DNA of 64,000 nt, from assembly GCA_041937175.2 (NCBI GenBank), contig CP166615.1, forward strand, positions 2,528,001-2,592,000, given 5' to 3'. Below, piece after piece: positions 54,559-64,000 of this stretch. Below the pieces are notes generated by a model. That model was not told where the DNA came from and did not search any database. It saw nothing but the letters and a program-made list of their open reading frames with translations. Position 1 is the first letter of the stretch. Each line of letters starts with the position of its first letter. The stretch comes from Limnothrix sp. BL-A-16 (GTDB lineage: Bacteria > Cyanobacteriota > Cyanobacteriia > CACIAM-69d). A program made the translations under genes and the position numbers.

Positions 54559-56820
54559 CTAGGGCACGCCCATTTGAATCAAATCCTCGCCGGGTAACAC
54601 TTCGCTAAATTTACCTCGATGGGCCACAAACAGGGCCAAACGCAGCCCCCAATCTGGCTCGACGGGCAAATCATCCCAAGGAACCGCCAGCTCCAAACAG
54701 CTATCCACGGCGAAGCGGGCGCGGCTGGGTCGGGCCCGCCAGGTATCGAATTCCGCCGCTTCCGAGAACCAAAGGGTTTTGGTGGGCAACTTCAGACCAA
54801 TGTGATGGCGGTAGTGGTAGTTGGCCGGGGCCAAATCGGGCAATTGCTCCAGGGGCACAGGACTGTTGTGGGCGGGGCGATCGGGATAGAACCAGCACAG
54901 GTGAATTTCATCGGGCTGTTTGCCGGTTTGGAAATCCAGCCGGACATAAAAGTGATGGTGATCCACTCCGTACCAAATGGTTTGAATCGGGCTGGATTGG
55001 TGCATCGTGCCCCGGGAACCACCCACCGCAATCCGGCCCGCTTGGTTCCAGTCTTGATCATCGCCACAGCCGTCAATGATCGGGTGAATAAAGTTTTGGG
55101 GGGTGCGATCGCCCGTGGCTTCATGAACTTCCACCGGCTCCAATAATTCCGGGGGAATGGGTTCGTTCAGGGCTTGGTAAATGGCGCACAGGTGCTCCCG
55201 AAACAGGCGATCGAAAATGGCATCTTGATTCGACGAGTGGCCAAACCCAAACCACCAAAACCAATCGGAACCCTCCGCCGCATAGAGCGCTTCCCAGGCG
55301 GCCGGATTGGTGGTTTCGGTGGCTTCCGGGTGGCGAGCCAGGGTTTCGCGGGCCGCCGTCAGCAAATCCCAGGCGCGGTTTTTGGCCGGATCGCCAATCC
55401 AGGTGGAAAAGGAGCCATCCACCCAAGAGCCACTGTGCAGGCGATCGACCGGCAGGGTTTCGCGGGGCGGGAACCGATCGAGATAATCACCCACGGTTAC
55501 CAGCTCAATTTCAGGATGCTGGCTGAGGCGGCTGTAGAGCGCGTCCAAGAAGGGCATCCCGTCGCGATCGTAATATTCCCAGCAGTTTTCTCCATCCAGG
55601 GCAATGGTCACCAACCAAGGCTGCTCTAGGCTGGTGCGATCGTCCCCTTGGCGTTGCTTCAGTTGCCGAGTAATCGCTTCCAAATGGCCAATCAAGTCTT
55701 GGGCAGCATGTTGGGGTTCCATGCCCGCATAGCTAAAGCCAATCAGATCCGAAAGGCGGTGGTCACGGAACGCGATCGCCAAGTCTCCCTGATCCGTGGC
55801 TAGGCGATAGGGCTGGTAAAGGTACTGTGGCTCCAGAACGTTGCCGGATCCGTCGCGGTGGAAGAAATGCTCGATCGTCCAGCCCAACACCGCCTCATCG
55901 GAAATTAACCATTGGAAACCGGCCGCCGCCACATCGGGCAAAATCGCCGGACTCACGGACTGCTCCGAAGGCCACAGCCCCCGAGGCAAACAGCCAAAGC
56001 GCTCGTGATACATGGCTTTGGCCCGTTCCAGATGCCGGGGAATATCTTCCGCCCACTGGAACCGGCTCGCGGGCAGTTGCATTTGGGGAATGGCCACCCG
56101 GCCCGCATCCGTATCGGCCAACAGGGGCAAAATGGGATGGGTGTAGGGCGTGGTGGTCACTTCCAACTGGCCCGACTCCTGCATCGATCGGTGCTTGGGA
56201 ATAATTTGCGCCAAAATTTCCCGTTGCTTATCCCAAATTTCTTGGCGATCGGTGAGCGAAAAATCCTTGCCCCGTTCTAACCAACCGGCAATTTTTGGAT
56301 CATCCCAAAACAACGGATCAATCCAAGCCAGGTTATGCCAAGCCAACAGATCTCCAAAATCCTCGGGTTTCCAATGGTCTAAACACCAAGGAATTCCCAA
56401 ATCATTTCGTTGTTCAAACAATTGGCAATAGCGAGGATGGGGATCCACCAAGGTGCGGTGGTTTCCATCAAAAAAATGCTCCAGCACAAAGCGCTTTTGT
56501 GTCGGTTGCAGTTGTTCAGCAGGGGTGAGCGCCAAGGCCAAGTAGGGGTCGATCGCCCGGCCCGCCACATAATCTTCAATTTGCAAGATCAGAGAAGGAA
56601 CCAAGTTCACGGTTTGACGCAACCGGGGGAACCGTTCCAACATCAAAATCAAATCGAGATAGTCCTTGGTGCCATGCAATCGCACCCAAGGCAATCGATA
56701 TTGCGCTTCTTCTGACTGTTGGGGCACGTCTGCCAAGGCTATTTCGGCCAGGTTGCCACGGCTTTTGTAGAGGGGCTGGTGTTGATGCCAAACAAAGGCA
56801 ACGTGCAGCGGGTAAGGCAT
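54559..56820 (-). CDS. Glycoside hydrolase family 57 (amylopullulanase-like)
   Basis: WHQHQP, HPILPLL, GLWPSE, IALDGENCWE, AEGSDWFWW. Confidence 0.95.
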   Translation of the reverse strand: MPYPLHVAFVWHQHQPLYKSRGNLAEIALADVPQQSEEAQYRLPWVRLHGTKDYLDLILMLERFPRLRQTVNLVPSLILQIEDYVAGRAIDPYLALALTPAEQLQPTQKRFVLEHFFDGNHRTLVDPHPRYCQLFEQRNDLGIPWCLDHWKPEDFGDLLAWHNLAWIDPLFWDDPKIAGWLERGKDFSLTDRQEIWDKQREILAQIIPKHRSMQESGQLEVTTTPYTHPILPLLADTDAGRVAIPQMQLPASRFQWAEDIPRHLERAKAMYHERFGCLPRGLWPSEQSVSPAILPDVAAAGFQWLISDEAVLGWTIEHFFHRDGSGNVLEPQYLYQPYRLATDQGDLAIAFRDHRLSDLIGFSYAGMEPQHAAQDLIGHLEAITRQLKQRQGDDRTSLEQPWLVTIALDGENCWEYYDRDGMPFLDALYSRLSQHPEIELVTVGDYLDRFPPRETLPVDRLHSGSWVDGSFSTWIGDPAKNRAWDLLTAARETLARHPEATETTNPAAWEALYAAEGSDWFWWFGFGHSSNQDAIFDRLFREHLCAIYQALNEPIPPELLEPVEVHEATGDRTPQNFIHPIIDGCGDDQDWNQAGRIAVGGSRGTMHQSSPIQTIWYGVDHHHFYVRLDFQTGKQPDEIHLCWFYPDRPAHNSPVPLEQLPDLAPANYHYRHHIGLKLPTKTLWFSEAAEFDTWRARPSRARFAVDSCLELAVPWDDLPVEPDWGLRLALFVAHRGKFSEVLPGEDLIQMGVP

Positions 56821-57133
56821 AGGGGGCGATCGAACCAATCTTTCTCCCATTCTAGGCGCGAGGTCAATTCCCGGAGCAATGGTTGAGGGCCCTTGTACTG
56901 AATTCCTGATGCGATTCACGACAAAAAAGCGGGCGAAAAAATTCCACCCGCATTGTTAGCCAATGGTCTACTAATTGCTAGTAATTGCTAGTCAATCGTT
57001 GGTCATGAACCAACCAATTATCAGCAAGCGATTAGCAAGGGGTCAGCCAATTTCAAGTAATGCGCTGGCAATTACTGCCAAATGACTGATAACCGGCATC
57101 AACAAGGAATCATCAGACGGAAGTTTACCTGAT

Positions 57134-57790
57134 TTATCCTTGCAATTTCAGATTAGAAAACGTCATCGTGGTGACGATTTCTTGGTCTCCTTCCTTGACC
57201 CGAATGGTTTGAGAACTCATCAAAACGTAGTTGCCAACCCGTTCATGGGTGTCTTCATAGCGCACCTGCTTCACCAGTTGGTTTTCCGGCAGCTTATAGA
57301 AGTTGGCATCGGTCAAGGTGGGCAAATAGCCTTCACCGGTATCCATCGTTGTTTGGGTGTCAATGATGAATTTCATGGGGCCCACGGGACGCTCCACATG
57401 GCAAATTTCCCGATCGCGCACTTTGTAGCTGGATCCCATGGATTTCCCAGCAACCAACACTTCCACTGCGCCCGTTTCGTCAGTGGCTCCTAAGGTAAAT
57501 TCGTTTTGACCGTGGGCCTTGTCGAAGCTGCTGCGCTGACGATGGGTGACAATATCGCGCAGTTGATGTTCCAACGTTTTCAACACTTCGGGATGGTCAA
57601 TGCCGGTGACGCTGACGCTGAAATCGGCCGCGATCGCCACGGATCCCCGATAGCTTTCTTCCCCTTGACGCAATTCCACATCGGCGGTGTAACCCGGAAA
57701 GTTAGCATCCCAGGTATAGCGATTTTCGTAGGCGGCCCGGAACAAGTCCCGAGCGTTGGTTTCTTGGGCGCGATCTTGAGCGAGGGTCAT
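57134..57790 (-). CDS. DUF3386 family protein
   Basis: ARDLFRAAYENRYTWD.NFPGY N-terminal signature. Confidence 0.85.
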   Translation of the reverse strand: MTLAQDRAQETNARDLFRAAYENRYTWDANFPGYTADVELRQGEESYRGSVAIAADFSVSVTGIDHPEVLKTLEHQLRDIVTHRQRSSFDKAHGQNEFTLGATDETGAVEVLVAGKSMGSSYKVRDREICHVERPVGPMKFIIDTQTTMDTGEGYLPTLTDANFYKLPENQLVKQVRYEDTHERVGNYVLMSSQTIRVKEGDQEIVTTMTFSNLKLQG

Positions 57791-58165
57791 AGCGATCCAG
57801 AGTTAGGGTGTTTGGAAGGTGGTGATCGGAAACCGATCGAGAACCAACCACAAATCAATTACCAAACCATTGATCAGTCGCCAATTAGTGGCTAACCAAT
57901 TGATGATGAATTGATCCTGGGTTGATCATGATTGCGTTGATCGTGATCTTGATCATGAACGAATTGCAAACCAATTGCAAATTAACTGCAAATTAACTGC
58001 AAACCAACAGCTAAATAATTGGCCATAAGCTGCCGATTGTTCATGAATGAATCAAGCACGATCAACTCATGGATGAATTGATCATCGATACATCGCACAT
58101 CAATCATGAGTTGCGCATGAATCCATGATCCATTAATCGGGAATGGGGCGATCGCCCTGGGCAAT

Positions 58166-59539
58166 CTATCGCAAGGTCACGAACTCTTCAGCGGTGGAAG
58201 GATGAATGGCCATGGTGCGATCGAAGTCGGCCTTCGTTGCCCCCATCACCACAGGAATAGCCATGCCTTGGATAATTTCCGCCGCATCTTTGCCCACCAT
58301 ATGCACCCCTAAAATTCGCTCGTCTTCACCTTCCACCACCAGTTTGACCAACACCTTTTCGGTGCAGTCGGTCAGGCTGTAGATCATTGGGCGGAAGCGG
58401 GCCCGGTAGATTTTCACCCGATCGCCATAAACGGCCCGGGCTTCCTCTTCGGTCATGCCCACGGTGGCGGCTTCCGGTTGCGAAAACACGGCGGAGGGAA
58501 TATTGCGATGGCTGATAGTGCGGGGCTGGTGACCAAATACCGTGTCCGCAAAGGCACGCCCTTCCGCGATCGCCACGGGGGTGAGATTAACCCGATCGGT
58601 GCAGTCGCCCACGGCGTAGATGTGGGGCTGGTTGGTGCAGTGGTCGGCCGTCACGGCGATCGCCCCATTCACCACTGCCACCCCGGCACGATCGAGGTTC
58701 AGCGGCTCAATTTGAGGCTTGGGTTTGCGGCCCGTGGCGCTCAGGATGGCATCGGCCATCAACTCATGGGCCACGCCGTCAGTTGTTTTGAACTGCATCC
58801 GCAGGCCGGCATCGGTTTTTTCAATTTGGAGGGTGGCGATATCGGCATGGGTATGTACAGCAATGCCTCGATCGACCATGGCTTGCTGGATTTGATCCCG
58901 AATATCACTATCAAAGCCGCGCAGGATTCGATCGCCCCGCAACACTTGCGTCACCTCAGAGCCTAAGCCCTTCAGGATTCCAGCAAATTCCACGCCGATA
59001 TAGCCCCCACCTAAGACCACAAACCGTTGGGGTCGCTCCTTCAGCAGGAACATCTCCCGAGAGGTGATCGTATGTTCAATGCCGGGCACATCTGGGCGCA
59101 CGGCTTCGCCACCCACGGCAATCAGGATGTAGCGGGCGGTCACTTCGCGAGTGCCGCTGGGGCTAACGATTTCAATCCGGTGCTCATCCACAAATCGCCC
59201 CAGACCCGAAATCAGCTCTACGCCCGCTTTTTCCAGAAAACTGATGTGTAGTTTGTTAAGGCGCATCACTTCCGTCTGCACCGCGTTGATCAGCTTAGGC
59301 CAGTCGTGCTCTGGCTCCACTGCTGACCAACCGTAGCCCGTGGCATCCTCGTACCAGTGGGCAAACTGGGATGCATAGACCATGAGCTTTTTGGGCACGC
59401 AACCGCGAATTACGCAAGTGCCACCCACGAGGTCGCTTTCTGCGATCGCCACTTTTGCGCCATAGCTGGCGGCTCGCTTGGAAGCGGCCAGCCCGCCGGA
59501 GCCTGCACCAATAACGAAGAGGTCGTAGTCAAATGTCAT
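58166..59539 (-). CDS. gor: Glutathione-disulfide reductase
   Basis: GAGSGG, GGTCVIRGCVPKK, HPSTAEEFVT. Confidence 0.96.
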   Translation of the reverse strand: MTFDYDLFVIGAGSGGLAASKRAASYGAKVAIAESDLVGGTCVIRGCVPKKLMVYASQFAHWYEDATGYGWSAVEPEHDWPKLINAVQTEVMRLNKLHISFLEKAGVELISGLGRFVDEHRIEIVSPSGTREVTARYILIAVGGEAVRPDVPGIEHTITSREMFLLKERPQRFVVLGGGYIGVEFAGILKGLGSEVTQVLRGDRILRGFDSDIRDQIQQAMVDRGIAVHTHADIATLQIEKTDAGLRMQFKTTDGVAHELMADAILSATGRKPKPQIEPLNLDRAGVAVVNGAIAVTADHCTNQPHIYAVGDCTDRVNLTPVAIAEGRAFADTVFGHQPRTISHRNIPSAVFSQPEAATVGMTEEEARAVYGDRVKIYRARFRPMIYSLTDCTEKVLVKLVVEGEDERILGVHMVGKDAAEIIQGMAIPVVMGATKADFDRTMAIHPSTAEEFVTLR

Positions 59540-59784
59540 GATGTTGCCTTCTGATCCAGCCGGAGCAATCGAGCTTGCCCCGCCCTTCGATCGTAGCAAC
59601 CGACCTTGCAAACGGGCGCAATGGATTGCGATCGAGCTAGCAGCCCAGAAGGAGCAAGGCGATCAAAAGGCGATCAAAGCACGATCATAAAAATGCCCTG
59701 ACCCGTGCCCCCTGGCCGATTAAGCATGAGTCGGGCGATCAGCTTTGGGCAGATTCTTTTGCGCAGATCCCTTTGGGCGAATCC

Positions 59785-60573
59785 TTAAGCCCCGATCGCC
59801 TCAGAACTGTCGGCCATCCGAGGAGCCGCGTAGCCCGTGCCGCGCACCGTCAAGATAATCTCTGGGTTACGCGGATCGTCTTCCAGTTTCGATCGCAGCC
59901 GCGCCACATGCACATCCACCACCCGCATGTCCGCTTGGATCCGAGGGGCATAACCCCAGAGAGTTTGCAGAATTTCGCCCCGGGGCACGGCTTCCCCATT
60001 GCGGCTAAACAGCAATTCCAACAGGCTGAATTCCGTATGGGTCAGACGAATTCGTCGATCGCTGCGATAAACCTGGCGCTTCCGGGTATCGACTCGCAGG
60101 GAACCAATTTGAATCGTGCCATTCCCGATCGGGGGCGGCGTGGTTTTGTCCTTCACCCGACGCAGCACACAGGCAATTCGCGCCTCTAATTCTTTAGGGG
60201 AAAAAGGTTTAGCTAAATAATCATCGGCTCCCATTTGTAAGCCAGTGATGCGATCGCCCACATCGCCCAAGGCCGTCAACATAATGATCGGCACATCGGA
60301 GTTTTGGCGCAGGGTTTGGCAAACGCCATAGCCGTCAATTTTCGGCATCATCACATCCAACACCACCAGATCGGGATCCTCGCGGTCAAATACCTCGAGG
60401 GCCTCCTCTCCATCCGCCGCCGACACGACTTCATACCCCGCCAGCGAAAGGCGCGTAGTCAGGATCATCCGCAATGCCGATTCATCATCGACAATCAGGA
60501 TTTTGCCGCGCGATCGCCCTGATTCTGTGATCGTCTGCAAGGAATTTTCTGCCAACATTTTTGTTGATTTCAT
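59785..60573 (-). CDS. OmpR-family response regulator, RpaB-like paralog (SrrA-like)
   Basis: ILIVDDE..RMILTTRLS, DVMMPKIDG, TALGDV.DRITGL, DMRVVDVHV.RLRSKLEDDP; diverged from canonical RpaB. Confidence 0.85.
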   Translation of the reverse strand: MKSTKMLAENSLQTITESGRSRGKILIVDDESALRMILTTRLSLAGYEVVSAADGEEALEVFDREDPDLVVLDVMMPKIDGYGVCQTLRQNSDVPIIMLTALGDVGDRITGLQMGADDYLAKPFSPKELEARIACVLRRVKDKTTPPPIGNGTIQIGSLRVDTRKRQVYRSDRRIRLTHTEFSLLELLFSRNGEAVPRGEILQTLWGYAPRIQADMRVVDVHVARLRSKLEDDPRNPEIILTVRGTGYAAPRMADSSEAIGA

Positions 60574-61112
60574 TTAAAAAGCTTGCAGTTATTCATCAAC
60601 GTTGGCTACTGATTGAGCTAGTTATTTTGATTCATGAATTGTTTCAGAACAATTCGAGCAAAATCAGCCGATCGCAGCCGATTGATGAACACTTCAGCAA
60701 TCAACGGAGAAGGGGTTTCGACGGTTGAATGGTGTCATTCAGTCGCCAAAGGGAAATTAAGAAACGTGAATGCACGTCTGTCAAATGCGGTGCGGTCTGA
60801 ACGCAATCGCCCTTCAACCCAATGGATTGACAAGTCACCAGGAACCGACGGTTTAGGGAATGGATCGCAACTAATTGAGATCAATTCCAGTCGGTTGTGT
60901 TGGCCAATAATGGGCCAAGGTGTTGATGGGCTAAGGATTCTCGCTCATCTAAATATTACCAGATGTAACGTTTTCGCCGCAAATCTTAAAGAAATCTGAG
61001 GATTAACCATAACGGTTGATTAATTGCCCCCCTTGATCGTGAGCCGTGAGCTTGGCTCGTCATCTTGGCTCGTGGCGGTAGCCAGCGCGATCGGCTTTCC
61101 GACCCATTCTGA

Positions 61113-61637
<525 letters not shown>

Positions 61638-61712
61638 TGGACTGCTAGACACCTCCCGATTGGGGCCCAAATCCTTTCAACGGGCCCCGCGCTCCGCCTG
61701 AACCACCCACAC

Positions 61713-62141
61713 TTAAGAAGCCGCCGTTGCTAGGGATGGAGATGGGGCAGCATCCTGGTTTTTGAGTTGAATGAGTTCCACCTTGTAGCCGTCTGGATCC
61801 TCCACGAAGGCAATCACCGTCGAGCCATGTTTCATGGGGCCGGGGGCGCGGGTCACTCGCCCGCCCCGCGTCGTGATTTCCTCGCAGGTGGCATAGATAT
61901 CATCTACCCCCAGAGCGATGTGACCGTAGGCCGTCCCGAGTTCGTAGGACTCCACGCCCCAGTTGTGGGTTAGCTCAATGACGGCCGTTTCTGACTCGTC
62001 CCCATAGCCCACAAAGGCCAGCGTGAACTTGCCATCGGGATAATCCTTTTGGCGCAAGAGTTTCATCCCCAACACATTGCAATAGAAATCGAGCGATCGC
62101 TGCAAGTCGCCCACCCGCAGCATGGTGTGAAGTAGTCGCAT
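61713..62141 (-). CDS. gloA: Lactoylglutathione lyase (glyoxalase I)
   Basis: [29 protein letters not shown]. Confidence 0.97.
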   Translation of the reverse strand: MRLLHTMLRVGDLQRSLDFYCNVLGMKLLRQKDYPDGKFTLAFVGYGDESETAVIELTHNWGVESYELGTAYGHIALGVDDIYATCEEITTRGGRVTRAPGPMKHGSTVIAFVEDPDGYKVELIQLKNQDAAPSPSLATAAS

Positions 62142-62461
62142 GGTTCTCTCCCGCAAACGGTTCGATCTAACAAAGGCACTAACAAACAAAGTCACTCGCA
62201 AGCAAAGTCACTCGCAAGGTCAGCCTGATGCATGGCCCATTAGGAACAATGCTTTTAAGTTTAAACTCGAAAACTTCAACCGGTTCCCCAGAGGCATCTC
62301 CAGAGAGACCCACCCCAAACACCCCAAACACCCAAAATTAATTGCCAACTAAAAAATGCCAATAAAAATGCCCACTAAAAAACCCATGCCGGATGCAGCG
62401 ATCGCGTCCAGCACAGGTTTAGTTTAGGGGAACCTAAGCAGGGATTGGAGCGTCAGTTGAC

Positions 62462-64000
62462 CTAACGAGCCGCCCGTAGTCCACCGCTCGGCAAGAAGGC
62501 CATCGGGTTCACTGCGCCTTTGCCCGATGGGCGAATTTCAAAGTGCAGGTGGGGGCCAGTGCTGCGACCAGTGCTGCCCATTTCTGCAATCAGTTGACCT
62601 TGGCGGACGGTTTGACCAGCCCGTACCAAAAGACGGCTGTTGTGGGCATAGCGAGTGAGGCTGCCATCCGGGTGGCGAATATCCACCTTGTTACCGTAGC
62701 CACCGCTGTCCCAACCGGAAGTTGCCACCACGCCGTCAGCCGCAGCCACAACCGGTGTACCCACAGGGGCTGCAATATCAATGCCTCGGTGCATCCGGCC
62801 CCAGCGCCAGCCATAGCCGGAAGTCAGAATGCCTTGGCTCGGCCAGATGTAGCCGCGCATGGTCTGGGGTTGTGCGCCCGGTAGGTAAGCTGAAGGATCC
62901 GACAGGGGCGGCAGTTGCGGCGAAACACTGGCATTGAGCAGCGTTTGCACACGGGGATTACGAGCATTCAGCGGTTCGGAGGCGGCTGCAATCAGTTGGC
63001 TGCGGCGCGGATCCGCCTCCGGCATCGGTTGGCTCAGGGCTAGCGGACGATCGCTCAGGGGCGCAGAGGGCGGTTGCACAGCCACGGTTGCCGCTTGATT
63101 AGCCACGGTGTTGGCTTGGCTGGCGGCCACGGCGGTGGCAGCGGCCGGAGCCAACAGGCTGATGGCACCGCTGCGGCTTGATTCGCCGGTTTGGTTTTGG
63201 TAGCGAGCTTGCAGGGCCTGAATTTCAGCTCGCAGACCGTCAATGTAGGGGCTATAGCGTGGGCTGGCTAGGTCGCTGTTTGCTGTTCCCTGTTGAAGGC
63301 GGCTGCTGGCGGTGGGCACGTCGGCAGCGCCGGCCAGGGATTGAGCGGTGGCCGCATGGCTCAGAAGATTGACAGCGCCACCGCCGGCTTCTTCCGTTGC
63401 AACCGTGCGGGCGGCCGCGGCACTCACGGGGACAGCCGGGCGATCGAGCCGCTGCGTGGGAACTGCAACGGCCGTGAGTCGATAATCAGCGGCGGTGGGG
63501 ATGCTAACCACCAGGTCGTTGGCAGTGGGAGTGACCGCATCTACAGAAGCACGCTCGGCCGTAGTCGCCGATTGCAGTGCAACGGTTTCTTCGGTGCGAT
63601 CGGTCGTGGGAACCTCTGCTGATTCAGTGGTTGGTTGCGGCTCCAGGGCCAGCAGTTCGATCGCCTCAGTGGTGGAACCCAGCAGGTTTCCGGTATTCGC
63701 CGCCAGAGACTCCAAGGCTTGGCTCAATCGTTGGCTTTGGGCCTGCAAGCGATCAATGCTCCGGATGGCAGCAGCATCGGCCAGCAGGTCGATCGTGTTG
63801 GGCGAAGAAGGGGCTTCTGCGGCGGGAATTTCAGTCACAGCAGGACTGTTGGCGCTAGCCGACTCGGCAACAGTGGCCGAAGCGTCAATCACAACGGACG
63901 CTTCCGGTGCAACCGCAGCCACTTCAACCTGGTTGTCCGGGAGGGCTGGAATCCGGCTGCGATCGAGGGTGATTGCTGTGGTCTGGCTGTCGGCTTCGCT
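62462..64000 (-). CDS. M23 family metallopeptidase (NlpD-like), 5' end outside window
   Basis: WGRMHRGIDIAAP, YAHNS, STGPHLHFE; frame open to the window end. Confidence 0.93.
   Translation of the reverse strand, partial: SEADSQTTAITLDRSRIPALPDNQVEVAAVAPEASVVIDASATVAESASANSPAVTEIPAAEAPSSPNTIDLLADAAAIRSIDRLQAQSQRLSQALESLAANTGNLLGSTTEAIELLALEPQPTTESAEVPTTDRTEETVALQSATTAERASVDAVTPTANDLVVSIPTAADYRLTAVAVPTQRLDRPAVPVSAAAARTVATEEAGGGAVNLLSHAATAQSLAGAADVPTASSRLQQGTANSDLASPRYSPYIDGLRAEIQALQARYQNQTGESSRSGAISLLAPAAATAVAASQANTVANQAATVAVQPPSAPLSDRPLALSQPMPEADPRRSQLIAAASEPLNARNPRVQTLLNASVSPQLPPLSDPSAYLPGAQPQTMRGYIWPSQGILTSGYGWRWGRMHRGIDIAAPVGTPVVAAADGVVATSGWDSGGYGNKVDIRHPDGSLTRYAHNSRLLVRAGQTVRQGQLIAEMGSTGRSTGPHLHFEIRPSGKGAVNPMAFLPSGGLRAAR

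Noticed and set aside
60634..60999. 121-aa + strand ORF upstream of the response regulator
   Set aside because: No motifs or RBS; more likely the regulator's promoter/leader region

Overview
64-kb chromosomal window from a moderately GC-rich cyanobacterium. Evidence: very dense HIP1 GCGATCGC/CGATCG sites, ccmK, petP, pentapeptide and PEP-CTERM genes, and a stand-alone atpD-atpC pair; a filamentous Limnothrix-like organism is my unverified guess. Most of it is conserved housekeeping DNA: the rpsL-rpsG-fusA-tuf-rpsJ operon, atpDC, rpmG-rpsR, recR, purN, hisF, gor, gloA, a peroxiredoxin, GH57 and an RpaB-like regulator. It also carries cell-surface genes (SLH-GHL10, a DUF4347/RTX giant protein, PEP-CTERM, an M23 peptidase). 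I saw no tRNA, rRNA, CRISPR array or transposase. The most interesting signals are: (1) a low-GC, HIP1-free ~2-kb island whose membrane-anchored VWA gene looks like an orphan integron gene cassette (GTTRRRY core upstream, attC-like site downstream), bracketed by a degenerate 63-bp direct repeat; (2) a dispersed REP/MITE family with six copies of a CAAGGGGCTTAAGCCCCTTG hairpin, one inside a 131-bp MITE with perfect TIRs and a TCA target duplication; (3) a solitary ccmK4 without ccmK3, preceded by a long structured leader; (4) recR with a likely non-canonical GTT start; (5) likely pseudoenzymes (RluA without its catalytic Asp, dihydroorotase without HxH). All calls come from reading the sequence; no searches were run.
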